Assembly (NCBI RefSeq): GCF_001194135.2
Contig: NC_068999.1
Span: 21,307,507 to 21,341,537, forward strand
From: Octopus bimaculoides
Taxonomy: Eukaryota
Direction of reading: 5' to 3'
Length of the DNA stretch: 34,031 bases
A program made the position numbers and the translations under genes. How positions within the stretch are numbered: position 1 is the first letter of the stretch; the number at the start of each line of letters is the position of its first letter. A model generated the notes under the pieces. That model was not told the origin of the DNA, made no database searches, and saw only the letters and a program-made list of their open reading frames with translations. Positions 21,391 to 33,024 of the stretch are shown piece after piece.

Positions 21391-21434
21391 TGCCTAGTCG
21401 AACCGGTTTCGCTTGTACTAATCACGACTAAGCA
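21391..21434 (-). ncRNA. Degenerate minimal hammerhead-like motif
   Basis: Minus strand: TGCTTAGTCG TGATTA GT ACAA GC GAAAC CG GTT CGACTAGGCA; 10-bp helix I (one GU), palindromic ACCGGT helix III; core one nucleotide short with U at position 8. Confidence 0.5.
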
Positions 21435-21867
21435 GTTTATTATTAGGCTACAATTTCACGCAATCATAAGTTTTCATTCTATGTTAGTGGGAGGAAGGAT
21501 ATTTTATAAATGCATCAGAAGGCAAATAAATTTTAGGGGAGGTAAACAAAGTGTCTAATGAGATGATGACCTATACTGTGATAAATAGGAAAGTGCACCG
21601 TGAGATAACTCCAAGCAACTGAGATTTTAAGCGACCATAATGGTGAAACGCGAGTAAGAATTTTAATACAACTCTGTGTTTGTCCTTATTTTGCCTACAT
21701 TTGATCCATAACTTAAACGTGGTAATATTACTCAGTCTAGAAGTTACTTAACAACTATACAGAAAGTTAACTGAATTATGAAAATCTAATTGGAGCTCTA
21801 GACAAAACAGTAGCAGTGATACTCGTACACAATTTCTACTATGCATATATCCAGCGATCTAGCTAGC

Positions 21868-21875
21868 TAGATAAT

Positions 21876-21953
<78 letters not shown>

Positions 21954-22038
21954 GATAGATAGACAGACAGAGAGGTAGGTAGGTAGGTAGGTAGGTAGGT
22001 AGGTAGGTAGGTAGGTAGGTAGGTAGGTAGGTAGGTAG
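21868..22038. repeat. (AGAT)n/(AGGT)n microsatellite
   Basis: Direct reading. Confidence 0.95.
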
Positions 22039-22624
22039 ACAGGCATATAATCAGTGGTGTGTATTCCATAAAGGCAAAAGCATTCAATAGATGTGTGATA
22101 CACAAAAATGAAGGCAAATAACATCGAATTTGAATATAGATTTTTTATTGTTTCATAGACGGCTTGGCAGAGAGTATATCATGCTATAGGTGCCCTTTGT
22201 TCGTTATATGCCTTTCGCTTTCCTTGTCTTAATGTCCATTCTTTGACTTCACCAACACCAAGTGGCGTCTCTCGCTGGAACTGATTTCCCGCCTTCTCTT
22301 CTTGCGTAGATGGTCAAGTCCAAAGCATTAAAGCCCTTATATTTTCCCTTGCTCCAAGCGTCGAACTTATAACATTGATTGTAAAGTAAACCTGTCTTTT
22401 ATTCATTTCGTTTGTGTGTGTGTGTGTTTTGCTCTTGAGTGTTACCGATGATATGTAACCCAGTACAACTTGTTGCATAGTCGGATCATCGGGACCGAGA
22501 CTGGCAACACTATCAAGCCAGCTTGGTGAGTTGGGAGGTTTTTAGACACCCAGTGGGATGAGAAACAAGACATGTCAAAGGGCAGATGAACTCAGGAGAG
22601 CCCACGTCAATCCAATTACATGAT

Positions 22625-22646
22625 ATGTGTGTGTGTGTGTGTGTGT

Positions 22647-22680
<34 letters not shown>

Positions 22681-22689
22681 ATATGTGTA

Positions 22690-22722
<33 letters not shown>

Positions 22723-22730
22723 ATGTATGT
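22625..22730. repeat. (GT)n/(GTAT)n microsatellite
   Basis: Direct reading. Confidence 0.95.
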
Positions 22731-22744
22731 CAGGTAGGCAGGCC

Positions 22745-23045
22745 ACCTTGGTCGACACACGACTATCCAAAGGACTGTTTTGCAAGAAAAAGTGCTTCAA
22801 AGCATTGCTGAAATGCTTTCAGATCAATTCCGACATCTCGAAACTACACAGGACTGCCCTGCCTGGCGTAGGCAAAAGTGCCACCTCCTACGAACATGAC
22901 AGGATCGAAGGAGCACAAAGAAAACATGAGCTGTGCAAGTCCTGAGTCAACTCCTTGCTTTCATTCCTAGCAGACGACCAGTGCCCGATCTGGGGTAGAA
23001 CCTTCCGAGTATGCATCGGCCACAGTCAGACATACCTGTCGCATC
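22745..23045 (+). mobile_element. RTE-clade LINE 3' end fragment
   Basis: Reads DTRLSKGLFC..KALLKCFQIN..SYEHDRIEGAQRKHELCKS*VNS..QCPIWGRTFRVCIG, matching the RTE/BovB-type C-terminus D.RLPK.LFYG..LK.F.I..E..RI..A..KR..RK..CP.CGR.FR..IGL.SH. Confidence 0.75.
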
Positions 23046-23334
23046 TTCTTCCATGTAGTGTCAATGACAGATGAGCATTATGTATGTATGGATGGATGGA
23101 TGGATGGATGGATAGATGGATGGATGTGCGAGGAATATCTGGCTTGGTATCCAGGTGCACATCTAGTCTGTCCCTGTGGTTTAGACTCTTGCTGCGGTCA
23201 AAGCAACTAAGCCGAGAGATGGAAGACTTATAGAAAAAGCCTGCATTGTGTATGTACATTGAGTATTTGATAAAACATTTCCCGAAAATGTTTCTGGTCC
23301 CACACAAGCCTTCATCACTAAAAGCGAATTATGT

Positions 23335-23348
23335 GCGTGTGTGTGTGT

Positions 23349-23398
<50 letters not shown>

Positions 23399-23584
23399 CT
23401 GTGTGTGTGTGTGTGTGTGTGTGTGGTCTATAATATTAACTATTTGAACCTTATACGTCGAAGCCGATACAAAAATCTACAGCGTGTATACATATCTTTC
23501 TATTTATCTATGTGTGTGTGTGCGTGCGTGCGTGTGTGTGTATGCGTGCGCGTGTGTGTGTATATGTATATACATATACATAAC

Positions 23585-23652
<68 letters not shown>

Positions 23653-23685
23653 GCAGACAGACAGACAGACAGACAGACAGACAGG

Positions 23686-23751
<66 letters not shown>

Positions 23752-23752
23752 T
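23335..23752. repeat. (GT)n, (GATA)n and (GACA)n microsatellites
   Basis: Direct reading. Confidence 0.95.
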
Positions 23753-23808
23753 ACTAGTTATCAAATCGAAAATCCAGTCACAACGAATTTAAATTATTCT
23801 AGTTTTAC

Positions 23809-24072
23809 CTCATTCCCGCTGCTACTATGTAATTTGAGCCTTTATTGTAACATTCTAACAACGATTCCAGGCATTTTATATATTCAGAAGTGTTATTCGT
23901 TTTAGCTGCTGTTTGCAACATGTATAACACTCTTTCAACTAATTTACAGCAGCGAAACACATGTCGGAGACGTTGCTGATATATTGGCAAATGTTTTCTT
24001 TTTTGGTTTGCTTCAGGTAATGACATACATGATTTGAGAAGAACGAAGTTGAAGGAGGAAGATGAGAATGGG
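23809..24072 (-). CDS. Candidate internal coding exon of an unidentified host gene (264 nt, phase 2-2)
   Basis: Non-repetitive stop-free frame (..EANQKRKHLPIYQQRLRHVFRCCKLVERVLYMLQTAAKTNNTSEYIKCLESLLECYNKGSNYIVAAGMR) bounded by tttttAG (24073-24074) and AG|GTaaaa (23807-23808). No protein recognised and no partner exon found. Confidence 0.3.
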
Positions 24073-24819
24073 CTAAAAACACGTACGAACAAACTATGAG
24101 ATTTTCACCAGAACACACAATGATGGTTTCAACGTAACAACCTACGAAAAGTATCACGTTTTTTTTATTTGCTTTTTTTTCTTTTTAATACGGAATTGAA
24201 TCCAATAAGAAATCGAAGGACATTTTCATAAGTATAACATGATTTTTCGAACAAACAACAACAATAACGTTAATGAATAAGTAACCGAAACCCACGAAAA
24301 TATGAAGGTTTATATTTTTATAATTTTCATATTCTTCCACCATTTTTTTTTTTTCATCGTTGAAAATGCGTATTACAAATTAATTCCGGTCGTTGGCAAA
24401 ATAATATCTAGTTCATTCTAAGGTTTTTATTTATTTGATTATTTATTTTATGATATGCTTTTTCATTCTCTTATTAAAACCTTAGGCGTGACAAACAAGG
24501 ATTTTGCATAATGAAAACAAAGAAAAACATGCAGATAAATAGCACATAATGTCGAAAATTAAATATTTATATTCCTATACAGCGCACAATGTGGCTTATA
24601 TAACAGCTATATTTGCTTGTCCGCTCTTTATTATTCTTTATCTTTTCTTTTCCCTATATTTTTACGAGGTCTATATTTTTTAAGTGTTTGTATTTTGTCT
24701 ACGCGCAAAATAAAATCTACGTGAAAACATACACACAAAAACACACACGTGTGTGCATATATAAGATGTACATGTGGATATATATACGAACATATACATA
24801 TGCATACATATATATATGT

Positions 24820-24989
24820 CTATTAATTTGTATATATAATATATATATATATATATTTAATTTATATATATATTTATATATATATATATATATATATATA
24901 AATATATATGTGTATATATGTGTGTATATATATTACACATATATATATATATGTGTGTGTGTNNNNNNNNNNGTGTATATATATTACAC

Positions 24990-25072
<83 letters not shown>

Positions 25073-25827
25073 ATCACACTTAAATCTATTTGGTGCAATA
25101 AAAAGAAATCTTAGCTATACGCATACAAATATAAATGATGTACATACATATGCCTATATAAATATGTATATATATGCATATATATATATATATATANNNN
25201 NNNNNNNNNNNNNNNNNNNNNNNNNNNNNNNNNNNNNNNNNNNNNNNNNNNNNNNNNNNNNNNNNNNNNNNNNNNNNNNNNNNNNNNNNNNNNNNNNNNN
25301 NNNNNNNNNNNNNNNNNNNNNNNNNNNNNNNNNNNNNNNNNNNNNNNNNNNNNNNNNNNNNNNNNNNNNNNNNNNNNNNNNNNNNNNNNNNNNNNNNNNN
25401 NNNNNNNNNNNNNNNNNNNNNNNNNNNNNNNNNNNNNNNNNNNNNNNNNNNNNNNNNNNNNNNNNNNNNNNNNNNNNNNNNNNNNNNNNNNNNNNNNNNN
25501 NNNNNNNNNNNNNNNNNNNNNNNNNNNNNNNNNNNNNNNNNNNNNNNNNNNNNNNNNNNNNNNNNNNNNNNNNNNNNNNNNNNNNNNNNNNNNNNNNNNN
25601 NNNNNNNNNNNNNNNNNNNNNNNNNNNNNNNNNNNNNNNNNNNNNNNNNNNNNNNNNNNNNNNNNNNNNNNNNNNNNNNNNNNNNNNNNNNNNNNNNNNN
25701 NNNNNNNNNNNNNNNNNNNNNNNNNNNNNNNNNNNNNNNNNNNNNNNNNNNNNNNNNNNNNNNNNNACACACACACACACACACACACACACAATATACA
25801 TGCACATATATTTCCCCCAGTCTCTTC

Positions 25828-25864
<37 letters not shown>

Positions 25865-25885
25865 ATTTGTCTCTCTCTGTCTCTC
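24820..25885. repeat. (AT)n/(GT)n/(GA)n/(CT)n microsatellites and assembly gaps (24963-24972, 25197-25766)
   Basis: Direct reading. Confidence 0.9.
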
Positions 25886-25901
25886 TCTTGGAAATTTTCT
25901 T

Positions 25902-26194
25902 CCCAACCACATGGTTCTGCGTTCAGTCCCACGGTGTAAATCTTGGCCAGGTGTCTTCTACTATAGCCTCGGAACTACAAAAGATTTGTGAGTAGATTTG
26001 GTAGACAGAAACTGAAAGAAACCCGTCGTATTGTGTGTTTTTGTGTGTGTATATATGTGTGTGCGTGTTGGTGCGTTTACGTCCCCGCAAATTAGCGGTT
26101 CGGTTAAAGAAACCAATAGAATAAGTACCAGGCCTAAAAAGTGTACTGCAGTCGATTAATTTTACTAAAATTCTTCAAGGAGGTGCCACAGCAT
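25902..26194 (+). mobile_element. SINE family 1, 5'-truncated
   Basis: caaccacatggttctgcgttcagtccca...gtagacagaaactgaaagaaacccgtcgta...ttagcggttcgg...gatagaataagtacc. Confidence 0.85.
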
Positions 26195-26399
26195 CTTCTT
26201 AACCTCGAACGATCTCATGTGATTTTATCGTGTTTTCATCCAAGATGGAGAGAAACACCAGCGTCCCATGTGACACGCTGAGAATTGTTAAGCGATATCT
26301 CTCTGAACATGAAACTAATGTTATCCTGGTTAATTTACAAACAAAGAATATTCATCCACCAATGCAGTGTTGACTACTCATACTCAATTCGATATTAAC

Positions 26400-26485
26400 G
26401 TATGTATATACATGTATATATATACATATGTGTGTGTGTTTGTGTATATATATATGTATATACATATATGTTATATATATATGTG

Positions 26486-26532
<47 letters not shown>

Positions 26533-27170
26533 NNNNNNNNNNNNNNNNNNNNNNNNNNNNNNNNNNNNNNNNNNNNNNNNNNNNNNNNNNNNNNNNNNNN
26601 NNNNNNNNNNNNNNNNNNNNNNNNNNNNNNNNNNNNNNNNNNNNNNNNNNNNNNNNNNNNNNNNNNNNNNNNNNNNNNNNNNNNNNNNNNNNNNNNNNNN
26701 NNNNNNNNNNNNNNNNNNNNNNNNNNNNNNNNNNNNNNNNNNNNNNNNNNNNNNNNNNNNNNNNNNNNNNNNNNNNNNNNNNNNNNNNNNNNNNNNNNNN
26801 NNNNNNNNNNNNNNNNNNNNNNNNNNNNNNNNNNNNNNNNNNNNNNNNNNNNNNNNNNNNNNNNNNNNNNNNNNNNNNNNNNNNNNNNNNNNNNNNNNNN
26901 NNNNNNNNNNNNNNNNNNNNNNNNNNNNNNNNNNNNNNNNNNNNNNNNNNNNNNNNNNNNNNNNNNNNNNNNNNNNNNNNNNNNNNNNNNNNNNNNNNNN
27001 NNNNNNNNNNNNNNNNNNNNNNNNNNNNNNNNNNNNNNNNNNNNNNNNNNNNNNNNNNNNNNNNNNNNNNNNNNNNNNNNNNNNNNNNNNNNNNNNNNNN
27101 NNNNNNNNNNNNNNNNNNNNNNNNNNNNNNNNNNNNNNNNNNNNTATATATATAATTATATATATAATTA
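26400..27170. repeat. Microsatellites flanking assembly gap 26533-27144
   Basis: Direct reading. Confidence 0.9.
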
Positions 27171-27571
27171 TATGAAGAATACTAGGATAGTACCAGCATA
27201 TTAGAAATAGAAGTCAAAATGACTCTAAACCACTAGATTTCATTCATAAGCACAGGTGAATGCGGGGAAATGAGCAAATAGAAGAGCAACGTACCTTTAA
27301 TGAATAAGTATGACAAACAAAAAAACTGATGATCCCATATCAATTGATATATGGCCCGGCTAATGAAGGCTTGGCCCTAATCAGTGATGTATATATATAT
27401 ATATAATTCTAATTATTTATGCACCTGAGGATAGCCCTGCATTTAAATTGATGAAATGATTGCATTGTTCAGTTAAATAGAGCCGGTTAAAACGGTCGTA
27501 ATGCATGACTTCTTGATATCCTGTTGCTTATTTTGATTTTATATACATAAATATATATATGTGTTTGTGTG

Positions 27572-27613
<42 letters not shown>

Positions 27614-28094
27614 CATATATACATATGTACATACATACATACATATATACATACATACATACATATATACATAAAAGCATTCATGTGATCATCATTTTGA
27701 CCAAAGATTGCCGCAGTAAATACAATGATCAGAGTGTATAAAACAAGTCTAAGAAATATAAAAGGATAAAATTATTATTAAAATAATGATAATACTATCA
27801 ATGACTAGAATGTATTAAAAACTGGAGAGGTAAAAATTAATATAAAACTATAATTATATCTATTCATTATGCAAGACGCTTGATGTGAATACGTGTATTG
27901 AAACAGATATTATTGTATTTGAGGATGGTCATGTTGCCAGTTTAGTGTATGTGTGTATGTAAGTATGTTTGCATGCATGTATGTATGTGTATATGTATGA
28001 ATGAACATATATTTATCTCTAAGTGTGTACCGTTATATTTGTCTTTCCTCACCGCCTAACAACATGTGCCGCTACGTTCACGTCCCCATAGAGT

Positions 28095-28245
28095 CCAAAT
28101 AGAATAAGTACTTGAGCCAAAATAATATGTAGTGGGGTTGCTTGTTCGACAAAATTCAAGGCAATGCTCCAGCATTGCCGCAATCGAATAACAAAGAATG
28201 GTTAAAAAATACAGGATAATTGACGCATATTAGAAAATTTAAGAA
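28095..28245 (+). repeat. SINE 3' fragment plus flank, duplicated at 29012-29164
   Basis: Near-identical ccaaatagaataagtacttgagc...gataattgacgcatattagaaaatttaagaa at both sites. Confidence 0.8.
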
Positions 28246-28331
28246 GAGATGGCGGCGTGGGTTTCCACCCCGGCATCCGTTACTCGGAGTTTTATCATGA
28301 CTACCGAATAATTGTCACATATTTTTACAGA

Positions 28332-28362
<31 letters not shown>

Positions 28363-28667
28363 NNNNNNNNNNNNNNNNNNNNNNNNNNNNNNNNNNNNNN
28401 NNNNNNNNNNNNNNNNNNNNNNNATATACATTCATACACACATACAATATATATATATATAATAGAAATATGTTACAAAAACAAAATAGAAACTACACGT
28501 GGAAAATTAAGGGGAAAGTAAGCAGAAAAATAAGCGAAAATGCACATTGGAAATCAAAAAAAGTTAAGGCTTTTTATGAAATGTAACGATAGATATAAAC
28601 AATTAGATGAACTGAGGTAGGAATAAAGGTAATAAAAGTCATTATTGTGAGTTGTTAAAGAGATTTA

Positions 28668-28706
28668 AAAGCATACCGGTTTCGTAATATTACTAGTCAT
28701 TGCTTT
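28668..28706 (-). ncRNA. Minimal type-I hammerhead motif with non-canonical A3/U8 core
   Basis: Minus strand: AAAGCA ATGACTA GTA ATAT TAC GAAA C CG GTA TGCTTT. Perfect 6-bp helix I, G10.1-C11.1-closed helix II, GAAA, palindromic ACCGGT helix III, GUA triplet; only positions 3 and 8 differ from CUGANGA. Confidence 0.65.
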
Positions 28707-29011
28707 GAGTGCACACCGAATTCTGAACGGTGTCAAGTCTATTAATCTCTTAGTAAAAAGATTATGTGTAAGGGAGGTAAGTAGTTCTGGATTTGGTGCA
28801 ATTAGGATTTGTAATGTGAATGGTGTATGGGATGTATGGGTGTTAGTGATATTAAATGGAAGATTAGTAGTGTTCTATATTATGTTATGGGTTCATATAT
28901 ATATATATATGAAAGGTATTAGGATAGTACCAGTATGCTAGAAATAAAAGTCAAAACAATTCTATACTACTTTGGTCAAAACGCACATAGTGAGATGAGC
29001 GTATAATCAGC

Positions 29012-29164
29012 CCAAATAGAATAAGTACTTGAGCTAAAATAATAAGTAGTGGGGTTTGCTTGTTCGACAAAATTCAAGCCAGTGCTCCAGCATTGCTGCA
29101 ATCGAATAGCAAAAAATGGTTTAAAAGATACAAGATAATTGACGCATATTAGAAAATTTAAGAA
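29012..29164 (+). repeat. Second copy of the 28095-28245 local duplication
   Basis: Alignment by eye. Confidence 0.8.
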
Positions 29165-29957
29165 AGAATATAATATAGTTAGCTTATCGGTTACCATGAC
29201 AGTAGAAACCATGTTGTTAGAGCAGGATTAAGGGGATATGCATTTAGATGCAGACTAGAAATTCATTGTAAGCTACCAGGCAGGTTCCCTTGTGGTTCAT
29301 ATTGTGTCTCATACTGTGTCTCAATATGGAAAGCGATGAGACATTAATCTTCATAAGAGAAGAGGCACTATAGTCAACATACCGAGGATTTGCTAATATG
29401 CGTCGATTATTGTTTTAGTCAGTGGATTGCGGCCACTCAAGGACACTGCCTTGAAAAGTTAATTGAACAAATCGTCCCGCGCACTTTTAGAGATTTTCCT
29501 TGTAGACTTTTCATCTAGACATTTGTGCAAAGAGAAAATTTAAAATATCCCTTTCGTACAAAATAGAAGGGGGAAATGGTCAACTACGAAAGACAAGAGA
29601 AGAAAAGTTTTTAAATACGAAACTAAACCGGAAATAGTCAACCTCATTACTAAAAACAACTTCCTCTCTACGCATTAGCCCAGAACACGTGTGTTTGAAA
29701 CGCTGAACAACGAAAGTGTTTTACACACAAAATACACACGTAAACTTCTTCCTCAAAGGTGACATTCTGTTATCTACATCAAAATTATTTTTTTAAACTG
29801 TTAATTACTACTAACTATATTATACATAAATACATACATACATACTTGGAGAAACTGCATATCTTTATAGATACGTATGTATAACAATATACGTAGTGGT
29901 GGTGTATGTAAATGTATATATATATATAAGTGTGTTTGTATGTGTGTGTATAATATA

Positions 29958-30175
29958 TCTTTTATCCTTTACTTTTGCCAGTCATTACACTGCGACCCTG
30001 CTGGTGCACCACCTTAAAGAATTTATAATCGAATAAATTGAGCCCTCTACTTATTTTTTAAAAGCCATGTACTTATTCTGTCGATCTATTTTGACGAACC
30101 ACTATGTTATGGGGACGCAAACACATCAACATCGGTTGCCAAGCGGTGAGGGGGGACAGACAGAAACGCACACAC

Positions 30176-30255
<80 letters not shown>

Positions 30256-30412
30256 NNNNNNNNNNNNNNNNNNNNNNNNNNNNNNNNNNNNNNNNNNNNN
30301 NNNNNNNNNNNNNNNNNNNNNNNNNNNNNNNNNNNNNNNNNNNNNNTGAACCCGGAACCATGTATTTGGGAAGCAAACTTCTTAACCATACAGCCATGCC
30401 TGTCGGTGTGTG
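29958..30412 (-). mobile_element. SINE family 1, full length, interrupted by internal microsatellite and gap 30256-30346
   Basis: 3' body at 29958-30170 and tRNA-like head (tgaacccggaaccatg...cttcttaaccatacagccatgcc) at 30347-30412 on the minus strand. Confidence 0.85.
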
Positions 30413-30996
30413 TTGTGCACATTTTGTTGAGCGTATACTTGCATATAGCTGTATGCGCAAGTATGGGATATTATCATTTTCAATATAAATATGCAAGAAG
30501 GGTTATGCAAGTTGGAGAAAATAGCTTACTTTTTCACTATGTCATAATAAGTTGTCAATATAATTGGTTTAGTTTTCAGTATACACCATGAAAAAAAAAT
30601 TGTCTATATATTTCCGTTTTCTTTAGAAGAACCAATACACACTGCCAAATATTGAACGAGAAAGTCACAGCAAGAACAATATTAAGAAGGAAACCAAACA
30701 ACAATAACACGATATATAAATAATACGAAATATCGTGATGAAATGGAAAAAGAAAAAAAAAATAGAGATAAATATAGCAACAAGAAGTTTTTAAGAAGGA
30801 ATTCATATTTGTCAATTTGACACATCGAATTTTTCGTAGAAATAGGTACATAAATAATGGAAGCAATAGAAAAATATATATATGTATATGTATATATAAT
30901 ACTCAACCGACAGGTTTAATAAGAAATATTATCCACATGAAAAATTGAAATGAGTGGATGAAAAAGAATAAAAAATAAAAGTAAATTGAAATAAAC

Positions 30997-31033
<37 letters not shown>

Positions 31034-31894
31034 TATACATATAGATATATATTATATANNNNNNNNNNNNNNNNNNNNNNNNNNNNNNNNNNNNNNNNNN
31101 NNNNNNNNNNNNNNNNNNNNNNNNNNNNNNNNNNNNNNNNNNNNNNNNNNNNNNNNNNNNNNNNNNNNNNNNNNNNNNNNNNNNNNNNNNNNNNNNNNNN
31201 NNNNNNNNNNNNNNNNNNNNNNNNNNNNNNNNNNNNNNNNNNNNNNNNNNNNNNNNNNNNNNNNNNNNNNNNNNNNNNNNNNNNNNNNNNNNNNNNNNNN
31301 NNNNNNNNNNNNNNNNNNNNNNNNNNNNNNNNNNNNNNNNNNNNNNNNNNNNNNNNNNNNNNNNNNNNNNNNNNNNNNNNNNNNNNNNNNNNNNNNNNNN
31401 NNNNNNNNNNNNNNNNNNNNNNNNNNNNNNNNNNNNNNNNNNNNNNNNNNNNNNNNNNNNNNNNNNNNNNNNNNNNNNNNNNNNNNNNNNNNNNNNNNNN
31501 NNNNNNNNNNNNNNNNNNNNNNNNNNNNNNNNNNNNNNNNNNNNNNNNNNNNNNNNNNNNNNNNNNNNNNNNNNNNNNNNNNNNNNNNNNNNNNNNNNNN
31601 NNNNNNNNNNNNNNNNNNNNNNNNNNNNNNNNNNNNNNNNNNNNNNNNNNNNNNNNNNNNNNNNNNNNNNNNNNNNNNNNNNNNNNNNNNNNNNNNNNNN
31701 NNNNNNNNNNNNNNNNNNNNNNNNNNNNNNNNNNNNNNNNNNNNNNNNNNNNNNNNNNNNNNNNNNNNNNNACATACTTATGTATGCATACTGGATAAAG
31801 TATGAGATATTGCTCTCATCATTCTAGTTTCTTTCATATTGCAATTTTTTAATATTTATTTTGGTACTATCCACTAGTGGTACTGAAATAGAAA

Positions 31895-32175
31895 GAATTA
31901 TTATTACTACAACTACTACTACTGCTGCTGCTACTGCTATTGCTAATACTACCATTATTGCTACTACATTGCTGCTGCTGCTGCTGCTGCCTCTCCCACT
32001 ACTACTATTACTACTGCTGCTGTTACCACCTCAGCTGTTGCTGCTACCACTACCACTACTACTACTATTACTACTATTACCACTACTGCTGCTGCTACCG
32101 CCTCTGCTACCGCCTCTGCTGCTGCTGCTACTACTACTACCAGTACTACTACTTCTTCCACTACTACTACTATAT
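31895..32175. repeat. Degenerate (CTA)n/(CTG)n/(CCA)n trinucleotide mosaic
   Basis: Direct reading. Confidence 0.9.
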
Positions 32176-32898
32176 GGCCATTTTTACGAACGAAATATAA
32201 TATATATTTTTCACGGAAGCATTGTTATATTTTCAAGAAAAAAAAATAAAGAAGTAAAAGTGTAACACTAATTAGAAATAATATAATTGCTTAACAAAAC
32301 CAATGGTATATTCTTATCTTTTTTATATTCCTACATACAAAATTATTTGCTTGCTTTCATTAACCCGAAAGTTATTTTTTATTCTATATTTTTTATAGAC
32401 AATATGCTTTGGTAAACCTACAACACTTACTTGTTATATCAAAGTGAGTTTTGAGTTTGATCAGCGAATATCTTTAGGTTTAAAGAAATCCTAACCCTAC
32501 TCACAGAAGCATATAGCAAACCATGTATGAACACTGGGGTACGTTTTGATTTTGGCTTTTGTTTATGCATATAACAAATGCAGGCCTGATAGAGAGTTGT
32601 TTCCCTAATGTAAAGGACGAAATCTGTATTGGATCCTTGCAGGTTTACATGGAATTAGCTAAATTCACTTCTGCACCTTACTTGCATTTATTTGATTTCC
32701 CATTGTATATCGGATTCTATAACATGTATTATTAACAATAGCCAATTCGGTAATCAAAATTTCTGAACATCATTGGAAATTCAATTTTTTTCTAATTGTC
32801 TTAACATCACGGTGGCCATCATGAATTGGAAACTATTATTCTGGTTAATTAAAAAATAAATTTTTAATAAATTTTAAAACGTCAGTGAATGCTGAATT

Positions 32899-32930
32899 AT
32901 TGGATTGGCCAAAAGTTGACTCAGTTTTTT
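32899..32930 (+). mobile_element. Possible isolated mariner terminal inverted repeat remnant
   Basis: tattggattggccaaaagttg resembles TATTGGGTTGGCCAAAAAGTT-type mariner termini; no partner end seen. Confidence 0.35.
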
Positions 32931-33024
32931 TTTCTTCGACAATAAACTTCAAGTTCGCTTTTAAGCAGCTAACCTCAGTCCGTCCTTTCCACATGCGTAT
33001 TCATCAGATACTTGATATTCAACG

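Noticed and set aside
21620-21665. ACCA-TAA-TGGT-GAAAC-GCGA-GTA 3' half motif
   Set aside because: No recognisable CUGANGA box; too degenerate to support.
24925-25015. Direct repeat gtgtatatatattacacatatatatat on both sides of a 10-N gap
   Set aside because: Most likely duplicated contig ends at a scaffold join.
27340-27505. CTGATGA, CTAATGA and CTGAGGA strings with nearby stems
   Set aside because: None can be paired with a correctly placed GAAA and helices; at most very old terminal-repeat debris.
31861-32265. Poly-L/T/A/Y/C ORFs
   Set aside because: Translations of a (CTA)/(CTG) trinucleotide mosaic with no splice or domain context.
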